Source: Candidatus Tayloriibacteriota bacterium (lineage in GTDB: Bacteria; Patescibacteriota; Minisyncoccia; Phycocordibacterales; PALSA-1337). Taken from it: 64,000 nt of DNA. The notes beneath the pieces are model-generated. The model did no database searches. It was not told where the DNA came from and saw only the letters and a program-made list of their open reading frames with translations. A program made the position numbers and the translations under genes. The stretch spans positions 50,984-114,983 of the forward strand of contig JBPOID010000005.1 in the NCBI GenBank assembly GCA_052034805.1. Direction: 5' to 3'. Positions 9,747 through 18,193 of this stretch are shown piece after piece (the stretch's first letter is position 1; each line of letters starts with the position of its first letter).

Positions 9747-10631
9747 TTATTGATTCTGTTTTGAAAAATATACAGTATTACCAAAATGTAAATTTATGGA
9801 ATCAAATATAGGTGCATTGGCGCTTTTTGCTTTTATTAAAGCATCTTTCCAGAAAACTAATAGATTGGATAATGTATCCTTTAAAGATTTTTTATCATCG
9901 AAATATACAGTTATATCGTCCGTAGATGATGCGTTTTTAGAAAATACATTTTTCAAATACATTTCATATTCTCCATTATCACCGATAAGCATACCGAGAG
10001 GTACTAGACCATTGCTTATAGATACAGAGAGAAAATTCTGCAAATCATCGAATTTATTTTTATCTATAAAATAAGATCCAGTAGAAATATCTTCCTTACT
10101 ATTCGGATAATAATATGTATTGTATGAATTATCATTTACATCACTTGTACTAGCTTTATCATATATATAACCTTTATTATCAGATAAGAAACAATTATCA
10201 ACTATATCATCACCACGGAATCCATCGCAGACAATAGCGCTAGGCATTCTTTCTTCTATATTTATAATTATTTTAGAAATACCTGATCTCTTTACTGAAA
10301 TATCATTTATTATTTTATATTTGGAAATGAGATCATTCATTATATATTTCTTCGGAAAGAAAATAATATTCGAACGAGGAATTATTCCAAAATAATTCCC
10401 TTCTAGATCGGACCAAATAACTTCTTTTATATTATCTGTTAATGAATTATTTGTACCTATCACATCTATATCAGATATTTGGAAAACAGATAATCTAGAT
10501 AAAAGTAAAATATTTATAATAATCAATAATGTACAAAAAATAGAGAGCACAGTAGAAGCAATCAATATCTTTCTTCTTTTCTGTACAAATTTTGAAGACT
10601 TTAAAGCATTTTTATGCCTAGAAAAATACAT
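9747..10631 (-). CDS. ftsQ: FtsQ/DivIB-like cell division protein (TM plus POTRA)
   Basis: A cytoplasmic basic N-terminus, one TM segment, then a POTRA-like segment (VFQISDIDVIGTNNSL...). Confidence 0.5.
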   Translation of the reverse strand: MYFSRHKNALKSSKFVQKRRKILIASTVLSIFCTLLIIINILLLSRLSVFQISDIDVIGTNNSLTDNIKEVIWSDLEGNYFGIIPRSNIIFFPKKYIMNDLISKYKIINDISVKRSGISKIIINIEERMPSAIVCDGFRGDDIVDNCFLSDNKGYIYDKASTSDVNDNSYNTYYYPNSKEDISTGSYFIDKNKFDDLQNFLSVSISNGLVPLGMLIGDNGEYEMYLKNVFSKNASSTDDITVYFDDKKSLKDTLSNLLVFWKDALIKAKSANAPIFDSINLHFGNTVYFSKQNQ

Positions 10632-10637
10632 AATTTA

Positions 10638-11903
10638 CTATGATAAAGAAATTTTATCCTTACCCATATATTTTCTCAATACTTCTGGAATAGTTATGGA
10701 ACCATCTGCATTCTGATAATTTTCTATAAGAGATACTAGAATTCTAGGAGTAGGAATAGCTGTAGAGTTTAGAGAGTGGGCATAACGAAGTTTGCCTTCA
10801 TTATCACGATAACGAATATTCAAGCGACGAGTTTGGAAATCATGAAAATATGATGCTGAGGATATTTCGCGGTATTTGTATTCTTTTGGTACCCATAATT
10901 CTATATCGTATTTCTTTACTTGACCCAATCCTAGATCTGCACCGCAGTTTATAACTGTTCTATATGGAATCATAAGTGACTCTATGAATTCTTCTGTATT
11001 TCTATTTATTTCTTCATGCAAAGCGACTGAGGCTTCATGACTGGCTTCACATAGTATCAACTGTTCAAATTTATAAAATTCATGAACACGAATAAGACCC
11101 TTTACATCTCTACTATGAGATCCAGCCTCGCGACGATAACAAGGAGAAAATCCTAAATAACGTTTAGGTAATTCTTTAATATCTAAAACTTCTTCACTAT
11201 GAAATGACATAAGTGGAACTTCTGCTGTTCCTGCTAGAACATCATTGTCTTGTGTCATATAGAAATCTTCTACATCTCCGGGCAAATGTGCTGTACCGTA
11301 TAATGCAATCTTTCTAACAATAGTCGGAGCTATAACTGGCATTAAATTCTTTTTACTGAAAAATTCTAAAGCATATTGCCAAATAGCAAAAGTTAATCTT
11401 GCTCCATCTCCAGTCAGGAAATATCCTCTGAATCCATGCACCTTGGCTCCACGTTCGAAATCAACCATTTTGAGCTTTGTCATAAGCTCTATATGATCCT
11501 TTGCTTCAAAATCAAAATTAGTTTTCTCTCCCCAAGCTTTTATTTCTTTATTGAAATCCTCATTTTCGCCTTCTGGTACAGATATATCTGGAATATTCGG
11601 CACACGCAACATCATATCCTGCCATTTCTTCATTATATCTTTCAATTTCTCTTCTTCATCTTCTAGACCAGCTTTCAAATGCTTCATGGATTCTATAAGC
11701 TTTTCGCGATCTTCTCCATTTGCTCTTATTATTTTCTGACTTGCTAGATTCTGTTCTGTTCTTTTCTTTTCTATAGAAGAAATCAATGCACGACGTTTGT
11801 CATCGAGTTCTATAAGCTCAGCAATGTCTATTTTTACATGCTTTTTCTTTGCACCTAATTCAACTATATCTTTATTTTCCCTTATGAATTTGATATCTAA
11901 CAT
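10638..11903 (-). CDS. serS: seryl-tRNA synthetase
   Basis: Canonical MLDIKFIREN start, a coiled-coil arm and class II motifs. Confidence 0.9.
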   Translation of the reverse strand: MLDIKFIRENKDIVELGAKKKHVKIDIAELIELDDKRRALISSIEKKRTEQNLASQKIIRANGEDREKLIESMKHLKAGLEDEEEKLKDIMKKWQDMMLRVPNIPDISVPEGENEDFNKEIKAWGEKTNFDFEAKDHIELMTKLKMVDFERGAKVHGFRGYFLTGDGARLTFAIWQYALEFFSKKNLMPVIAPTIVRKIALYGTAHLPGDVEDFYMTQDNDVLAGTAEVPLMSFHSEEVLDIKELPKRYLGFSPCYRREAGSHSRDVKGLIRVHEFYKFEQLILCEASHEASVALHEEINRNTEEFIESLMIPYRTVINCGADLGLGQVKKYDIELWVPKEYKYREISSASYFHDFQTRRLNIRYRDNEGKLRYAHSLNSTAIPTPRILVSLIENYQNADGSITIPEVLRKYMGKDKISLS

Positions 11904-11987
11904 GGTTAAATCATAACATATAATGCTATAATTAATCCAGATTTTGCTCTAGCACATAATGTTGGTAAACATAAACCAAATAAAACA

Positions 11988-12653
11988 ATGAAAGATGTGA
12001 TACCCATTGTAATCACGGTTACTGTATTCTTTCTTGCTACAGTGGTGTACTGCTCATTCTTTGAATGGAATTTGCACAAACACTGGATGCATAAACCTTG
12101 GAAAATACCTTTCACAAAATGGAAGGTAGAATATCCCTTCAAAGCACATGCTCTGACTCATCATGTGATCTTTAGAGCAGATGAAACATATCATCTCATA
12201 AAAGATGAAGACAAATGGACTATACCTATGGCCTGGTGGAATGGACCGGTGCTCGTTGCCGTATCCTCCACACCATGGATCATTCCATCTATCATAGTGC
12301 ATTCTGTATTCTCTATATCATTTTGGGTGCCTTATACGGCTTCTACCGTTACCATAGCACTCTATTATGTTATATATGAATACATTCATTGGTGCATGCA
12401 TTTGCCACAACCCAAACATCAGAGACTTTTGGAACGTTCTAGTTTGTTCAGAAAGCTGAACGGCCATCATCTCTTGCATCACTTTTGTCAGCACAAGAAT
12501 TTCAATGTGGTTTTTCCACTTGCTGATTTCTTCATGGGTACCTTGATCACGGTTTCCAAATTTCGTTTCAATCAGCCGGAAGGACCGAGCGTACCCAATG
12601 TTCAACCTGACGGAATATCATTGCCTGATAAGAAATTAGTAGGCAATACTTAA
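11988..12653 (+). CDS. fatty acid hydroxylase / sterol desaturase superfamily membrane protein
   Basis: Three His boxes (HKHWMH, HWCMH, HHLLHH) in TM-flanking positions. GC content is above the housekeeping background. Confidence 0.6.
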   Translation: MKDVIPIVITVTVFFLATVVYCSFFEWNLHKHWMHKPWKIPFTKWKVEYPFKAHALTHHVIFRADETYHLIKDEDKWTIPMAWWNGPVLVAVSSTPWIIPSIIVHSVFSISFWVPYTASTVTIALYYVIYEYIHWCMHLPQPKHQRLLERSSLFRKLNGHHLLHHFCQHKNFNVVFPLADFFMGTLITVSKFRFNQPEGPSVPNVQPDGISLPDKKLVGNT

Positions 12654-12710
12654 TTAAGCCCCCTCGAGAGAAGCCTCTCGTGGGGCTTCTTCTTATTTGG
12701 ATTATCTTTA

Positions 12711-13025
12711 TAGAGAAAATCGGTTCACTGATTATAAAATTGGACTTTATGTATAAGAAAATTGGACTTCATGTCATAGAAAATTGGACTTGGCTACTAA
12801 GAAAATCGGTTCGCCGATCTTGCGGTCGGAAGCTCTTTTTCTTTACTCCGTACACTCGCAAAGAAAAAGACTTCCTCCCCGTCGGCTCACACGATTTTCT
12901 AATACGTAATCTAGAAAATTGAGACTTGGCACGGTGCGGGAGCCTTTCCGTAACGGAAGTGGAGGAAAGGTCTCACGCACGCAAGATGCCAAGTCCAATT
13001 TTCTTAGTTTAGTTAATTTTCTTAT
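12711..13025 (+). repeat. copy 1 of a ~290 bp nested-palindromic repeat family
   Basis: Shares a >200 bp near-identical core with 58796..59090 and 60041..60315. Has terminal inverted motifs gaaaattggacttggc / gccaagtccaattttc and extra tandem aaaattggactt units at its left end. Confidence 0.85.
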
Positions 13026-13084
13026 ATATAAAAATCCACACATAAAAATATATTAAAATAAATAAAAAAACATGTAAGAAAAGT

Positions 13085-13118
13085 AAAGCAAAATAAAAAG
13101 CGGCGCAACATATGTTGC
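13085..13118 (-). terminator. intrinsic terminator on the minus strand
   Basis: Minus strand reads aagcggtgcaacatatgttgcgccgctt (12 bp stem, one G.U pair) followed by TTTTATTTT. Confidence 0.6.
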
Positions 13119-13400
13119 ACCGCTTCGGCCTAAGCCTTATGGTATCACTCGCGCATGCGAGTACGACCGCTACGGTCGCATTTGACCCGATCCTGAAGCT
13201 TCAGATGTTGTCCAGTATTCGCAGGAATGGCAAACCGGTTGAAAAAATCAATCCCCTCTCCAGCCCTACTCTCTTCCTCGTTACCCCTCCTTGCTTGACG
13301 GGCACTGTGTACTGCGATTTGTCCGCCAGTAGTCAGGACGTTCTGATCATTAACTTTACTCAGGTCTTTCGCCATAGTATTGTAGACTCCGATTTTTTAA
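13119..13400 (-). ncRNA. GC-rich (~50%) transcribed element ending at the terminator: candidate structured ncRNA, or a foreign 76 aa ORF
   Basis: Local GC far above the flanks; several local hairpins (ctgaagcttcag, cgaccgtagcggtcg, ctcgcatgcgcgag). It also carries a GGAG-preceded 76 aa ORF (13145..13375). I cannot tell from sequence alone whether it is coding or structural. Confidence 0.3.
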
Positions 13401-13510
13401 CTACCATTTTTACCAGTATATCCACAACAGATATACTACTCCAACAAAGAATAGTACAAGAACGAATAACAAATGTCAAATGAATTATCAACAAAAATAA
13501 TAAATAGAAT

Positions 13511-14398
13511 ATGTATAAAATAATAAATAAAAAAGATAAAGAATTTCCCCCATTATTACTCGAAATAAATGATACACCAGAAAGACTTTTCTATATTGGA
13601 AATATTTCTAAATTACAAGATAAAGAAATGAAAATACTCTGTATAGTAGGATCTAGGAAGTATTCTAATTATGGAAAAGAAGTTACAGAAAAATTAATTT
13701 CAGAAATCAAAGGATACAATATATGTATAGTATCTGGACTTGCTCTCGGTATAGATAGTATTGCACATAGAAGCGCTATAGATAATGGACTCTATACTAT
13801 AGCCTTCCCTGGATCAGGACTTCATAGAGAAGTTATGTATCCCACGACACATAGACAATTAGCAGATGAAATAATAGAGAAAGGAGGAGCATTATTCTCT
13901 GAATTTGAATTAAAACAAAAAGCTCAAGAATGGACTTTTCCACAGAGAAATAGACTTATGGCTGGTATATCTCATGCAACTCTTATAATAGAAGCCGGTG
14001 TGAAAAGTGGCACAATGATCACAGCCAGACGCGCTATGGAATACAATCGCGATGTAGCGATAATACCAGGTGAAATATTTGATCCATTGAGAGAGGGTCC
14101 ACATAGTCTAATGCGTGACGGTGCTGTACCTATAACATGTAGTGATGATTTATTGGAATTATTGGGTTTTAGCAGACGAGAAGGTCAAAGTAGTCTTAAT
14201 TTCAAAGATAATAATATTCTAGAAAATCTAAATGAAAATGAGAGAAAAATATTAGGAATATTACAAATAGAATCTTGTAATAAAAATACATTAATAAATA
14301 GATTAGGAATGGATACAAAAGTTGCAAATATAATTATATCTTCTATGGAATTAGAAGGACTTATAGAGGATATAGATGGGAGAATTAAAATAAAATAA
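13511..14398 (+). CDS. dprA: DNA processing protein DprA/Smf
   Basis: Rossmann-like core GSRKYSNYG...VSGLALGIDSIAHR...TIAFPGSGL and a C-terminal wHTH. Confidence 0.8.
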   Translation: MYKIINKKDKEFPPLLLEINDTPERLFYIGNISKLQDKEMKILCIVGSRKYSNYGKEVTEKLISEIKGYNICIVSGLALGIDSIAHRSAIDNGLYTIAFPGSGLHREVMYPTTHRQLADEIIEKGGALFSEFELKQKAQEWTFPQRNRLMAGISHATLIIEAGVKSGTMITARRAMEYNRDVAIIPGEIFDPLREGPHSLMRDGAVPITCSDDLLELLGFSRREGQSSLNFKDNNILENLNENERKILGILQIESCNKNTLINRLGMDTKVANIIISSMELEGLIEDIDGRIKIK

Positions 14399-14482
14399 TT
14401 TGCAAAAAAAATCATTTCCATGTAATACTTAACCTATTACAAAAAGAGAAAACCTAATTCAAAGCATTTTGTAAATTTAAAA

Positions 14483-16762
14483 ATGAAACTACTAATTGTA
14501 GAATCTCCAGCAAAAGCAAAAACCATTTCCAAATATCTAGATGGAAAATATACTGTAAAAGCTTCTGTTGGACATATAAGAGATTTGCCTAAAAGCAATA
14601 AGAAAGCTATTGATATTCCAAATGGCTTTATTCCGCATTATGAAATATCTCCAGGTAAAGAAAAAGTAGTAGAAGAAATAAAACAATTAGCAAATAAAGC
14701 TGATGAAGTAATACTTGCAACAGATCCAGACCGTGAAGGAGAAGCTATAGCTTGGCATATAGCTGAAGCCGTAGGATTAAAGAAACCGAAGCGTGTAGTA
14801 TTCCACGAAATTACAAAAGAAGCCATACAAGAAGCGATAAAGGAACCCAGAGAAATAGATGAGAATCTACGCACAGCCCAAGAAGCACGTAGAGTTCTAG
14901 ATCGTTTAGTGGGTTATGATCTATCAGGACTTATATGGAAAAAAGTTCGTTATGGATTATCTGCTGGTCGTGTACAATCCCCCGCTCTACGCATCGTGGT
15001 AGAGCGTGAACGCGAAATACGCGCCTTCAAACCAGAAAAGTTTTGGGTCATAACCGCATTGGTCACTACACATTTAGATAAAAAAGGAATACCTCTATTA
15101 CTCACATGTACGAAAGAACCAAGAGATGAAAAAGAAGTAAAAGATATATTAAAGAAAGGAAAAGAAGCCCAAGAAAGAGGTGAATGGGAAATAGTAAGTG
15201 TAGACGAAACAACAGTAAATCGCTCCCCTCGTGCACCTTTTATAACTTCTACCCTACAACAAACAGCGAGTTCAAGATTGGGATTTGCACCTAGTCGTAC
15301 TATGTCTATAGCACAGAAATTATACGAAGCAGGACATATAACATATATGAGAACAGATAGTACAAATCTATCAAAAGTAGCATTAGGCCAAATAGCAGGA
15401 TTAATAGAAAAAGATTATGGAAAGAAATACCTACAATTTCGTACATATTCAGCAAAGAGTAAAAATGCCCAAGAAGCACATGAAGCAATACGTCCAACAC
15501 ATATAAATGTAGAAAAAGCAGGAATGAATGATGAACAGAAAAAACTATATAGATTGATATGGCAAAGAACAATAGCTTCACAAATGGCCGATGCAGAAAT
15601 GCTTCGTACAAAGATAATCGCAAATATTTCTCTAAAAGATAATATTCCAGATTTTTATGCAAATGGTTCGAGACTTCTATTCCCAGGTTGGCTTGCTGTA
15701 GACAAAGAAGCGCGTGGTGAAGATGTAGAATTACCAAAATTAGAAAAAGGTAATAGTCTAGATTTAAAAGAAATAAAAAGTGAAGAAAAAGAAACCGAAC
15801 CACCTAGTAGATATAGTGAAGCAGGACTTGTAAAAGAATTAGAGAAAAGAGGAATAGGTCGTCCTTCAACATATGCATCTATAATAAAGACAATAGAAGA
15901 ACGTGGTTATGTAGAGAAATATCCACCACCAAGCGGAAAAGCATTGAAACCTACAGATACAGGAGAGGTTGTTTCTACATTTCTTGAAGATAATTTCATG
16001 CATTATATAAATGATTCCTTTACAGCAGAGATGGAAGATTCTCTGGATGATATCGCTTTGGGTAAAAAAGAATATGGAAATACATTAAAGAAATTCTATA
16101 TACCTTTCGCAAAAGAAATAAAAGAAAAAGAAAAAACAGCAAAGATAACAACATTAGGCGATGCAGATAGCAGATTCAAATGTCCAAAATGTGGTAGCGA
16201 TATGGTTATTAAGCTTGGTCGTGGTGGCAAATTCATTTCTTGTTCTCGTTATCCAGACTGTGATGGAGCTCTTATGATAGATGGTACAGAAATAAAGAAA
16301 GATGAACCAATAGGAAATGATCCCGAAACTGGATTACCTATATATGTATTAGTAGGAAGATTCGGACCTTATGTGCAATTAGGTGAAAAGGTTATGAAAG
16401 CCAAGAAAACAAGAACAAAGAAAATAAAAAAGAATGAAGAAGGAATAGTAAAAGGAGAAGTAAAAAAAGTTAAACCAAAAATGGCTTCTATACCAAAGGG
16501 TGTAGACATAAGCAAGGTTACAATAAAAGACGCTTTGAAATATCTAAGCTTACCTAGAATATTAGGACTCGATCCGAAAACCGGTAAAGAAATAAAAGCA
16601 AATATAGGAAGATTCGGACCTTATATTATGCTTGATGGAGATTTCCGCTCAATAAAGGAAAAAGATGGTGATAATCCTTATGAAATAACTTTAGAGAGAG
16701 CTTTAGAAATACTTTCAAAGCCTAAAGCCATAAGAAAAGGAAGATTCGCTAAAACGAAATAA
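14483..16762 (+). CDS. topA: DNA topoisomerase I
   Basis: MKLLIVESPAKAKTISKYL start, Toprim and topo IA domains, and a C-terminal Zn ribbon CPKCGSDM...CSRYPDC. Confidence 0.95.
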   Translation: MKLLIVESPAKAKTISKYLDGKYTVKASVGHIRDLPKSNKKAIDIPNGFIPHYEISPGKEKVVEEIKQLANKADEVILATDPDREGEAIAWHIAEAVGLKKPKRVVFHEITKEAIQEAIKEPREIDENLRTAQEARRVLDRLVGYDLSGLIWKKVRYGLSAGRVQSPALRIVVEREREIRAFKPEKFWVITALVTTHLDKKGIPLLLTCTKEPRDEKEVKDILKKGKEAQERGEWEIVSVDETTVNRSPRAPFITSTLQQTASSRLGFAPSRTMSIAQKLYEAGHITYMRTDSTNLSKVALGQIAGLIEKDYGKKYLQFRTYSAKSKNAQEAHEAIRPTHINVEKAGMNDEQKKLYRLIWQRTIASQMADAEMLRTKIIANISLKDNIPDFYANGSRLLFPGWLAVDKEARGEDVELPKLEKGNSLDLKEIKSEEKETEPPSRYSEAGLVKELEKRGIGRPSTYASIIKTIEERGYVEKYPPPSGKALKPTDTGEVVSTFLEDNFMHYINDSFTAEMEDSLDDIALGKKEYGNTLKKFYIPFAKEIKEKEKTAKITTLGDADSRFKCPKCGSDMVIKLGRGGKFISCSRYPDCDGALMIDGTEIKKDEPIGNDPETGLPIYVLVGRFGPYVQLGEKVMKAKKTRTKKIKKNEEGIVKGEVKKVKPKMASIPKGVDISKVTIKDALKYLSLPRILGLDPKTGKEIKANIGRFGPYIMLDGDFRSIKEKDGDNPYEITLERALEILSKPKAIRKGRFAKTK

Positions 16763-16763
16763 A

Positions 16764-17837
16764 CTAAATAGAAAAATCTTTCAAAGAATATATTTCTTGA
16801 TTTTCTTCTTCTTTGACTTCTTCTCTTGATCTATCGTCAACAGGTTTATCGTCTTTTGATTCTCCATTTACAATATCTAATGGTGTAGATTTTGATATTG
16901 AAGATATATTTTCTTGAACATATTGTTCTCTTTCTTTTATATGTAATGCATCTATTTCATCTGCACTCATTGCACTGTTTGTATTGTTTGAATTATTAGA
17001 AACTCTATCAGAAATCTTATCTATTATCTTGTGAACATCACTTGCAGTATAGAAATCAATAGTTATACGTCCACCACGGCCGAGTTTGTTTATACTTACT
17101 TTTGTACCAAGCATTTCTTTGAATTTATTTTCAAGCTCAAGCATATCTGGTTCATTTGACCAATCCTTCTTTCTAACTCTATCTTGGGCTGTACGACGAG
17201 CAATAGACTCTGCTTCGCGTACGCTTATCTTTCTAAACATTATTTCTTTAAAGAGAGTCATTTGCTCTTCTTTATGATCTGTAAGCATAAGCAATGGTCT
17301 AGTATGACCTTCTGCTATTTTGCCTTCAGAAAGAGCATTCAATATTTCTTCTGGCAAAGCGAGAATTCTCATAGTATTGGAAACATATTCCCTACTTTTA
17401 CCAACTTTCTCGGCTACTTGTGCGTGCTTTAGATTGAATTCTTTCACAAGGCGATCGAAAGCACGTGCACGATCCACTGCATTTATATCTTCTCTTTGTA
17501 AGTTTTCTATTATGGCTAATTCTAGTTTTATCCTAGGATCATTTTCTCCACTTCGGATAAGCGCTGGCACCTGAGCAAGTCCCGCTACTTTTGAAGCGCG
17601 TAAACGACGTTCTCCAGATATGAGTTCATATTCAACAGCCATACCACCATCAGGCTTTTCATATTCATGACGAGTAACTATAAGAGGTTGTAGAATACCG
17701 TACATTCTTATAGACTCAGCCAAATCTCTGATTTTATCATCATCGAATTCTCTTCTAGGCTGATATGGGTTTGGTTTTATTTTTTCTATTTCAATCCAAA
17801 AGACTGAATCACCAAAATATTGTGATGTATTAGGCAT
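16764..17837 (-). CDS. parB: chromosome partitioning protein ParB/Spo0J
   Basis: IEKIKPNPYQPRREF N-terminal box, HTH core, and a C-terminal acidic tail. Confidence 0.85.
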   Translation of the reverse strand: MPNTSQYFGDSVFWIEIEKIKPNPYQPRREFDDDKIRDLAESIRMYGILQPLIVTRHEYEKPDGGMAVEYELISGERRLRASKVAGLAQVPALIRSGENDPRIKLELAIIENLQREDINAVDRARAFDRLVKEFNLKHAQVAEKVGKSREYVSNTMRILALPEEILNALSEGKIAEGHTRPLLMLTDHKEEQMTLFKEIMFRKISVREAESIARRTAQDRVRKKDWSNEPDMLELENKFKEMLGTKVSINKLGRGGRITIDFYTASDVHKIIDKISDRVSNNSNNTNSAMSADEIDALHIKEREQYVQENISSISKSTPLDIVNGESKDDKPVDDRSREEVKEEENQEIYSLKDFSI

Positions 17838-17937
17838 GGATATATTTTAACATAGAATCATAACATGCAAAATTTTATTTTAAATAAAATTAATAAAATT
17901 GATTTTTACAAAAATATTGGGTATTCTTGTAGAAGAT

Positions 17938-18018
17938 GCCAGAGTGATGAAATAGAAAACATACTCGACTCAAAATCGAGCGCCGTAAGGCTTGTGGGTG
18001 CAAGTCCCACCTCTGGCA
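17938..18018 (+). tRNA. degenerate class-II tRNA-like sequence (tRNA-Leu CAA-like; probable pseudo-tRNA)
   Basis: 7 bp acceptor gccagag/ctctggc, anticodon stem ctcga/tcgag with loop CTCAAAA, a long variable arm, and a T-stem gtggg/cccac. However the D-loop lacks G18G19 and the T-loop reads TGCAAGT, so U55 is replaced by G. Confidence 0.4.
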
Positions 18019-18193
18019 CAGAATACTATAGGAAATATATAGACCTGAGTCTCACCATGCCCACTATTGACAAATCTATATATGTATATTAATATTTTTA
18101 TAGATTGGATAGTTCCAGTTCTACTGCATAGCTTGTCCATTTATAAAAGGATGCAAAGCAGTAAAAACAAAACAACAAAATAAAGAGGTACGT

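Noticed and set aside
12843-13043. ORF-track ORFs lying inside the palindromic repeats (12843..13043 -, 12680..12922 +, 58470..58874 -, 59958..60173 -) that give near-identical peptides such as YGVKKKSFRPQDRR[AT]DFLV.
   Set aside because: They exist only because the repeat recurs. Frames differ between copies, they are full of palindrome-derived codons, and they lack RBSs. The repeat is better explained as a structured non-coding element.
13112-13483. 123 aa plus-strand ORF across the GC-rich element.
   Set aside because: The terminator and SD-like signals point to minus-strand expression. The plus-strand ORF has no start context and runs antisense to the better-supported 76 aa ORF or ncRNA.
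15306-15803. Numerous antisense or embedded ORFs from the track (for example 15306..15803 inside topA, 27144..27587 and 28149..28736 inside clpB, 57783..58463 inside ftsZ, 33563..34204 inside the ABC ATPase, and 22274..22654).
   Set aside because: Each lies wholly within and antisense or out of frame to a confidently identified conserved gene. Leu/Ile/Phe- or Ser-rich low-complexity translations are typical of AT-rich antisense frames.
17865-18092. 75 aa ORF in the parB to DGQHR-gene spacer.
   Set aside because: It is fully overlapped by the degenerate tRNA-like cloverleaf and is otherwise AT-rich low-complexity (NKINKIDFYKN...).
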